From: Saprospiraceae bacterium
GTDB lineage: Bacteria; Bacteroidota; Bacteroidia; Chitinophagales; Saprospiraceae
Assembly: GCA_027030635.1 (NCBI GenBank)
Contig: JALVES010000081.1
Location: 1 to 40,850 of the forward strand
Direction: 5' to 3'
Length of the DNA: 40,850 nucleotides
Translations under genes and position numbers: made by a program
In this document: piece by piece, positions 35,455 to 40,850 of the stretch
How positions within the stretch are numbered: the stretch's first letter is position 1
How the letters are laid out: the number at the start of each line of letters is the position of its first letter
Notes under the pieces: model-generated
Databases searched by the model: none
What the model was told of the DNA's origin: nothing
What the model saw: only the letters and a program-made list of their open reading frames with translations

Positions 35455-36489
35455 ATGAAGATAGAAAACTTAATATTAGAGTTCTTAAAACAAAATCCGG
35501 AAAGCTCTTCCGGAGACATCCAGCGAGGAATATCGGAGAGGAAAAGTATTGCCACAATAAAAAGGAGTTTAGCAAAACTTGTGGCACAGAAATTAGTATC
35601 ACCAATAGGAAAAGGAAAAGCGACAAGATATAAGTTGTCAGCATATTACAACCTGTTTCGAGAAGTTGACATTCAAGGCTATTATGAGAAAGAAATAGAT
35701 GAAAGAAAAATAATTGAGAATTTTAACTTTTCGTTACTGAGGGAAATTTTGCCTAAGGCAAAATTGTTTACAGAAAATGAATTAAATCACTTAACTGCTT
35801 TGCAAAAAGAGTTTGAGAAAAACATGTCTGAGTTAAGTGAATTTGAAGTGAGGAGGGAATTTGAACGACTTGCTATTGATTTGAGCTGGAAATCTTCACA
35901 GATAGAAGGGAATACCTATTCTTTGCTGGAAACAGAGCGGCTTTTAAAAGAAAAAGAAACTGCGGCGGGAAAATCAAAGGATGAAGCAGTAATGTTACTT
36001 AACCATAAGGAAGCCATTGATTTTGTGATTGAAAATCCGGATTATTTGTTTCCCTTATCCGTACCCAAAATTGAAGACATCCATAGTATCTTAACCAAGG
36101 ACCTTGTCGTTGACAGAAATATACGAAAGAGAAGAATTGGCATTTCAGGAACCAACTATCGTCCTATAGATAATGAATTTCAAATTAAAGAAGCTTTATC
36201 ATTGGCTTGTGATTTGATAAATAAAAAAGAAAGTGCTTTTGAGCAAGCTCTTCTTGCGCTTGTTCTAATCTCATACATTCAGCCATTTGTCGATGGAAAT
36301 AAAAGAACGGCAAGAATTGTAAGTAATGCAATATTGATAAATCACAAATACTGCCCTATCTCATTTAGAACGGTTGATAGTGTTGATTACAAGAAAGCCA
36401 TGTTGCTGTTCTATGAGCAAAATAATATCACCACTTTCAAGAGAATATTTATTGATCAATATGAATTTGCAGTGAAAACATATTTTTAG
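35455..36489 (+). CDS. wHTH-Fic/Doc family protein with a degenerate active-site motif (Gln in place of the catalytic His)
   Basis: 344 aa in a visibly AT-rich gene. N-terminal wHTH-like segment ILEFLKQNPESSSGDIQRGISERKSIATIKRSLAKLVAQKLV. SxxxEG inhibitory-helix motif SSQIEG. Fic core QPFVDGNKRTAR, where the canonical motif is HxFx(D/E)GNGRxxR. Confidence 0.8.
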   Translation: MKIENLILEFLKQNPESSSGDIQRGISERKSIATIKRSLAKLVAQKLVSPIGKGKATRYKLSAYYNLFREVDIQGYYEKEIDERKIIENFNFSLLREILPKAKLFTENELNHLTALQKEFEKNMSELSEFEVRREFERLAIDLSWKSSQIEGNTYSLLETERLLKEKETAAGKSKDEAVMLLNHKEAIDFVIENPDYLFPLSVPKIEDIHSILTKDLVVDRNIRKRRIGISGTNYRPIDNEFQIKEALSLACDLINKKESAFEQALLALVLISYIQPFVDGNKRTARIVSNAILINHKYCPISFRTVDSVDYKKAMLLFYEQNNITTFKRIFIDQYEFAVKTYF

Positions 36490-36505
36490 GGGGGATGCCC
36501 CCCCC
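36489..36505. terminator. G6/C8 hairpin between convergent genes
   Basis: gggggg atg cccccccc immediately after the Fic stop codon. Confidence 0.45.
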
Positions 36506-36567
36506 TTAGAAAGTTGGACAGAGATTACAAGTACATGTATCTCTTGGACTTGTTGCCAGCTGAATTT

Positions 36568-37827
36568 TCAGAGACCGATTGTCGAATCCAAGCTCCTATA
36601 TGGAATAATATGTACCTCTGCCTCTTGGTAGTTTACCACAAAATCGCCGCTTTTGCTAACCACAAAGGCCCGTTTGGGATGATAGCTTCGTATGAAGTTT
36701 TTGAGTGAAGCGGGAATCTGCGGCTTGTTGTAATCTGCAAACTTCACTTCTATGGGTATGGGCAAGCTCCCGGTGTCTATGATAAAGTCCACTTCTGCCC
36801 GCGATTTAGTCCTCCAGGTTTTGAGCTCAAAAAAGGTGTCTGACAGCAGATCCTGCAGCAGCAGGAAAACAAAATTTTGGAACACCATGCCGGCATTGGC
36901 TTCTGAAGAAAAGAGCTGAAAATTCCGTCGGCTCAAATTGGCTATGCCGAGGTCTGTAAAATAGCAGGCCGGAGACTTTACAATCTCTTTCTCCGGATTG
37001 GTGAAAAAAGGCGGTATGCATTTTGTCATAAAAGTCTTTTCCAGATACCACAAATATTTTTTCACCGTAGGCGAGCTCAGCCTGCTCAAGACGGCCAGGC
37101 CCGAGTAGTTGACAAACTGCCCTATTCGCTGTGCCATCAGGCGCATGAGGCGCTGATAGGCATCGGGCCGGTCAACGCCTATGATGGCAGCTACATCTCT
37201 GTCCAAATAACTCAGCAAAATTTCCTGCAATTCGGCCCTTTTTTCCCCTTCGTTTTCTGCCAGCACCACTTTCGGGTACCCACCAAAGGTCATGTACTCC
37301 TTCAAAAGGCCGTCCATCAAGTCCGGATGAATCGCAGCTGCCTGCTGCCGGTTGTCTTTGTATTTGTATGCCGTTTTAAAGTCGAAAAACTCCCTGTAGC
37401 TCAGGGGCATCAGATGAAACACCCGTTTTCGTCCGGCAAGCGATTCGATCACTTTCTCTTTCAGTTCCAGGCTGCCCGAGCCGCTTACCACAAATTTGTA
37501 CGGCAGTTCCCTGTCATAAATTCCTTTGAGAAAAAGCCCTGCATCCTGCTTGCGCTGAATCTCATCTATAAAGACCACTGCCGGCCTTTCGGCAAATGTT
37601 AAGCGCAGGGCATCCACGAAGCGCTGCTGAGAAGCAAACAAGCCGGAATCTGTATCTATGTCCAGGCTGTAAAACCCCACAGGCCTGCCGGCCTGCCGGA
37701 TTTCAGCCATTAGTTTTTTCATCAGGGTCGTCTTCCCAACTTGCCGGGGCCCCAAAATGACGGTAATCTCCGGCTTGGAAAGATGAGCCCGAATGGCCGC
37801 TTCTCCGGTTCTGACGATGTACTCCAT
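36568..37827 (-). CDS. AAA+ ATPase (COG1373-like, AAA_14 + DUF4143 architecture) with C-terminal PD-(D/E)xK-like nuclease motif; second paralogue in the window
   Basis: Walker A ILGPRQVGKTTL and Walker B VVFIDEIQ. C-terminal motif SRAEVDFIIDTGSLPIPIEVKFAD. The ORF is open to a GTG at 37842, but those five codons contain the -7 box, so the ATG at 37827 (MEYIVRTGE) is preferred. Confidence 0.8.
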   Translation of the reverse strand: MEYIVRTGEAAIRAHLSKPEITVILGPRQVGKTTLMKKLMAEIRQAGRPVGFYSLDIDTDSGLFASQQRFVDALRLTFAERPAVVFIDEIQRKQDAGLFLKGIYDRELPYKFVVSGSGSLELKEKVIESLAGRKRVFHLMPLSYREFFDFKTAYKYKDNRQQAAAIHPDLMDGLLKEYMTFGGYPKVVLAENEGEKRAELQEILLSYLDRDVAAIIGVDRPDAYQRLMRLMAQRIGQFVNYSGLAVLSRLSSPTVKKYLWYLEKTFMTKCIPPFFTNPEKEIVKSPACYFTDLGIANLSRRNFQLFSSEANAGMVFQNFVFLLLQDLLSDTFFELKTWRTKSRAEVDFIIDTGSLPIPIEVKFADYNKPQIPASLKNFIRSYHPKRAFVVSKSGDFVVNYQEAEVHIIPYRSLDSTIGL

Positions 37828-37831
37828 ATTG

Positions 37832-37839
37832 CAAATATA
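37832..37839 (-). promoter_or_regulatory. -7 promoter box TATATTTG only 4 nt from the ATG, implying a near-leaderless mRNA
   Basis: The minus strand reads gtgTATATTTGcaatATGgag. Confidence 0.4.
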
Positions 37840-37856
37840 CACTTTTTTAAAAAGCG

Positions 37857-37887
37857 ACTTTCAAAAAAGTTAAACTTTTTTGAAAGT
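37857..37887. promoter_or_regulatory. Perfect 31-nt palindrome (15-bp arms) in the ATPase promoter region
   Basis: actttcaaaaaagtt a aacttttttgaaagt. It is centred about 45 nt upstream of the ATG at 37827. Confidence 0.6.
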
Positions 37888-38405
37888 TGAAATCCAGAAT
37901 AGTTGATTTTTGCGCTGTTGCGCTCCAATTTATACGCATCATTGGGCTTTAAAGGGGCTTTTGCTCTCAAAGGGAAGAGGTTGGAGGGTGTGAGCTACCC
38001 CAGCTGCTGAATGAGAAAGCCCTACTTTCCCAAGTTGTTCCAGCCTGGCATATCCTCCTGTGGAGAAAATCGGAAAAGTTGCAAAACTCAAATAGATGTT
38101 GTATATTTGCCCCTGACAGCAATGTCATCGCCCATTACGTTCTTTGCTTTTGCGCGCAGCGGCCATGCCAGGGATGCTCTACCCGAAAAGCACCAATCCG
38201 CCAATGGGAACAGGCGTTCCCGACCCTCTGATTCTGTGGGGCATAGAGCACTGAAACCCACCTCAGACATATTTCCGCCCGAAGTTCGGGCGGGAAGACT
38301 ATGCGTGCATAAGCAAGATTTGAGCGTAGATGCTACAAAAGCGAACTTTTGGTGTAGAAAAGGTTCGTTTATACGGTAGTTGGCAGAAATCAAAAAAGGA
38401 TAATT

Positions 38406-39320
38406 ATGGAAGCATTAAAAAGATACATTGAAACAAGAGAGCTACTTTTTAAACAAGCAGATATTGCTCCAAAATCAAATTTTGTAAATATAAACACCGA
38501 GAGAGTAAAAAGAGTTCATTATCTTGAACTGGGAAGCGGAACACCGTTAGTTTTAATTCATGGAGGTCTTGGGCATTCTTCTGATTGGTTTCCGATTTTA
38601 AAACAACTTTCAGAACATTTCCATTTGTATATAGTAGATCGACCTGGGCATGGTTTAACAGATCCAATTGATTATTCAAATGTTAATTTTCAACAAGCTG
38701 CAGTAGATTTTGTTTCCGCTTTTATGGATAGTGTCGGTTTAAAAAAGGCTTCTCTGTTAGGCAATTCCATGGGTGGTTTTTTTTCTATTTGTTTTGGACT
38801 ATCGTATCCGGAAAGGGTGGATAAATTAATTTTAATTGGAGCACCGGCTGGACTAAACCGGTGGATCCCCCCCATGCTTAGATTAATGGGTGTTAGGCCA
38901 ATCAATAAGCTACTTGCTAAGACTATTGCGAAGCCGAGTGTTATGGGAACAAAAAAAATCTACGAACAAGTATTAGTAGCAAATGTTGATAACTTGCCTC
39001 AAGTTTATTTTGAGCATGGTTTTTATCACATGTTACTCCCTAACATAGCAATAAGCCAAAGAACTATGTTAGAAAATGTTCTGAATATTAGAGGGTGGAA
39101 AGAAGAATATTATCTAACTGATAAATTAGATCAACTAACCCCCCCTGTTCACTTTATATGGGGGAGCCAGGATGCCTTTGAAAAGCCTGATGCTGGAATT
39201 GTAAAAGCATCTAAAATAAACAATTACACTTTTGAGATAGTAGAAAACGCCGGTCATTGCCCATGGCTTGATGAACCAAATAAATGTTCATCTCTTATAA
39301 TCGAAAAGATAGAAAAATAG
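38406..39320 (+). CDS. Alpha/beta-fold hydrolase
   Basis: 304 aa in an AT-rich gene. Oxyanion region PLVLIHGGLGHSSDW, nucleophile elbow LLGNSMGG and C-terminal catalytic His ENAGHCPWLDEP. Confidence 0.85.
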   Translation: MEALKRYIETRELLFKQADIAPKSNFVNINTERVKRVHYLELGSGTPLVLIHGGLGHSSDWFPILKQLSEHFHLYIVDRPGHGLTDPIDYSNVNFQQAAVDFVSAFMDSVGLKKASLLGNSMGGFFSICFGLSYPERVDKLILIGAPAGLNRWIPPMLRLMGVRPINKLLAKTIAKPSVMGTKKIYEQVLVANVDNLPQVYFEHGFYHMLLPNIAISQRTMLENVLNIRGWKEEYYLTDKLDQLTPPVHFIWGSQDAFEKPDAGIVKASKINNYTFEIVENAGHCPWLDEPNKCSSLIIEKIEK

Positions 39321-39598
39321 ACTTCTGCCAACAAAAAATATAGTGCATTTGGCAGACAGTGCTAAACCAAAAGATGAGAGCAATAAACAAACATAATACA
39401 AACCCGAAAATATGGGGCTTTGAGATGCCAAACGCACCATATTTAAACCGCTGGCCAAAATGTAAAAGACTTACAAAAAGCTTTGACTCACCTAAACACC
39501 ATATCGAAATAGAACATAACCTGCCTCAAGGAGCATAACTTCTTGACAATACAGTTCAAAGACGGTTTTTCTTTAACAAAAAAAATAATCGTAGCAAA

Positions 39599-39790
39599 AT
39601 GAAATGGTTAGGCTTAATCGTCGTAATAGTCTTTAGCTGCGGCCGGGGATTAAATAATCTGACTGAACCCTCAAATTGCAAGGAATTGGCCCAAATTGTT
39701 AATGCAGGTTGGAAAAGGCTGAAGATAAAAACACTAAACTTCATTATTCCTGTGGAAAAGGGTTCGCAAGAAAATTTAGCCATGCAATAA
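39599..39790 (+). CDS. Small hypothetical lipoprotein, possibly disrupted
   Basis: 63 aa. MKWLGLIVVIVFSCG has a lipobox. An adjacent frame continues with ...KKDELIKLLGKPDEIIDRAMDYFRL to 39887, which suggests a frameshifted remnant. Weak support. Confidence 0.3.
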   Translation: MKWLGLIVVIVFSCGRGLNNLTEPSNCKELAQIVNAGWKRLKIKTLNFIIPVEKGSQENLAMQ

Positions 39791-39922
39791 ATTCTGATTC
39801 CTGTACTTTAAAGAAAGACGAATTGATAAAGTTATTGGGCAAGCCCGATGAAATTATTGACAGGGCAATGGATTATTTCAGACTATAGCCCCGGCGGATG
39901 ATTCCAAATAAAAAAACATTGG

Positions 39923-39930
39923 TATCTTTG
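39923..39930 (+). promoter_or_regulatory. -7 promoter box TATCTTTG for the transposase
   Basis: Exact TAnnTTTG 5 nt upstream of the ATG at 39935. Confidence 0.4.
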
Positions 39931-39934
39931 CACC

Positions 39935-40850
39935 ATGCATAAAGGAGCTAAGTTAGACGACTACATGGTCTTCAGGCGTCGTGCCATCGAACTTTACCAG
40001 CAAGGCGAGAAACAAAAATTCATTGTCAAAGCTTTAGGGGTTAGTCAACCTACAGTTAGCCGTTGGATATCGGAGTTCAAAACCAAAGGAGAAGCTTTCT
40101 TGGAACGTCCAAAGATTGGCGGTTCTAAACGGAAGCTAACGCCTGACCAACTCGAAGAATTGACCAACATGCTGGACGAAGGAGCAGAGCACCATGGATT
40201 TGAAGGCAATCTGTGGACCCGTGCCCGAGTCAAAAAACTTATTGAGCGGTGTTTTGGAGTAGTATATGCGGAGCGCTCTATAAGCGATTTGCTCCGTGAC
40301 TTGGGATATACACTCCAGAAACCAGATCGGCGAAGTTATGCTCAGGCTCCGGAGAGGGTGCGACAATGGCGCGAAGAGACACTACCTGCATTGAAAAAAA
40401 AGCCCAAGATGAGGGGTATTCGATCGCATATGCAGATGAAGCTGCTTTCAGCTATTTCCCTTATGTGCAAAGAACTTATCACCGCAAGGGGAAGCGCTGC
40501 ATCGTTAAACACGGGCCGTTACGTGGAGGTGTGCAATCGCTCAGTATGGTGATTCCCGGCGGCAAACTGTACTTCGAGCTCAAACGAGGTAGTTTCAAAG
40601 GTGTAGATGTGGCAAATTTTTTAAAGAAGGTATTAAAGCGGTTTAGGAGGAAAAAGCTAATCATTATTTGGGATGGAGCGACTATCCATTGGAGTAAAGA
40701 AGTCAAAGAGTTTCTTCGCACAGAAGCCAAGGGAAGAATTCTTTGGGTACAATTGCCTTCACATTCTCCACAATTGAATGCCGATGAACAAGCACACAGC
40801 CTGATAAAAACGCATGATTTTAAAAACCGTCTCTTTACTTCGATAAAAGA
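39935..40850 (+). CDS. IS630-family transposase, two frames joined by a -1 frameshift, with its 3' end beyond the window
   Basis: Frame 0 (39935-40401) encodes the HTH/wHTH part: FIVKALGVSQPTVSRWISEFKTKGEAFLERPKIGGSKRKLTPDQ...LWTRARVKKLIERCFGVVYAERSISDLLRDLGYTLQKP. Frame -1 from 40402 (not in the ORF track) encodes the DDE part: AQDEGYSIAYADEAAFSYFPYVQRTYHRKGKR...KLIIIWDGATIHWSKEVKEFL...LPSHSPQLNADEQ. Without the frameshift, frame 0 stops at 40552. Confidence 0.85.
40394..40401 (+). other. A8 slippery run, the candidate programmed -1 ribosomal frameshift site
   Basis: ttg aaa aaa aag in frame 0. The DDE-domain frame begins directly after it. Confidence 0.6.

Larger units (their letters stand above)
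39923..40850 (+). mobile_element. IS630-family insertion sequence (partial; the left end is not defined and the right end lies outside the window)
   Basis: Based on the transposase content above. Terminal inverted repeats cannot be identified without the right end. Confidence 0.7.

Noticed and set aside
35403-37893. 11-bp direct repeat aaagttgaaat at 35403-35413 and 37883-37893 bracketing the Fic plus ATPase pair, read as possible target-site duplication or cassette ends
   Set aside because: It is AT-rich and short. In a 40-kb window, N squared over 4 to the 11th predicts hundreds of chance 11-mer matches, and I found this one post hoc. It would need comparison with an empty site in a related genome before it means anything.
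38379-39356. 9-bp inverted repeat gttggcaga (38379-38387) / tctgccaac (39324-39332) flanking the hydrolase gene, read as a cassette or MITE-like structure
   Set aside because: The downstream copy already pairs with ttggcaga at 39349-39356 as a probable terminator hairpin. A single 9-mer match upstream is within chance expectation.
39435-39446. 12-mer caccatatttaa shared between the hydrolase-IS spacer and the ATPase-1 promoter repeat (12583-12594)
   Set aside because: Dozens of chance 12-mer matches are expected within a window of this size on two strands, and there is no extended similarity around it.
1-40850. tRNA, rRNA, tmRNA, RNase P or SRP RNA genes
   Set aside because: I scanned by eye for T-loop GGTTCGA(A/T)TCC-type motifs and for conserved RNase P, tmRNA and SRP boxes on both strands and found none. 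A covariance-model scan would be needed to be certain.

Overview
This 40.85-kb window looks like a chromosomal segment of a Bacteroidota genome. Three proteins carry T9SS C-terminal sorting domains, and many starts have TAnnTTTG -7 promoter boxes. G+C is slightly above half by eye. I saw no rRNA, tRNA or CRISPR.

Positions 1-35.3 kb are mostly core genes. They include two ECF sigma modules, three large T9SS cargo proteins and an MFS transporter. They also include truA, an acyl-CoA ligase, a YceI protein, bshA-like GT4, tatA, lpxD, the rimP-nusA-infB operon and an O-antigen-ligase-like membrane protein. A quinone oxidoreductase, an M15 peptidase and a conserved 483-aa unknown complete this part.

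Four things stand out:
1. A tightly coupled four-gene operon (32.1-35.3 kb). It encodes a membrane-anchored di-haem cytochrome c, two lipoproteins made only of PSCyt1-like CXXCH...MPP...WIxxGAP modules, and a DUF5777-like outer-membrane beta-barrel. I read it as a candidate uncharacterised porin-cytochrome-type envelope module.
2. An 826-bp gene-free mosaic of at least eight short tandem-repeat families (28.44-29.27 kb). It includes five 22-bp hairpin units whose last copy keeps the stem through compensatory changes.
3. A visibly AT-rich, mosaic accessory region from 35.3 kb to the window end. It holds a Fic/Doc-like protein whose catalytic His is replaced by Gln, an AAA+ ATPase fused to a PD-(D/E)xK-like nuclease domain, an alpha/beta hydrolase, and an IS630 transposase with an A8 -1 frameshift site.
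4. A second, divergent copy of the ATPase-nuclease at 11.2-12.5 kb. Both copies have structured promoters containing palindromes.

All calls come from reading the sequence and from remembered family motifs. No searches were run.
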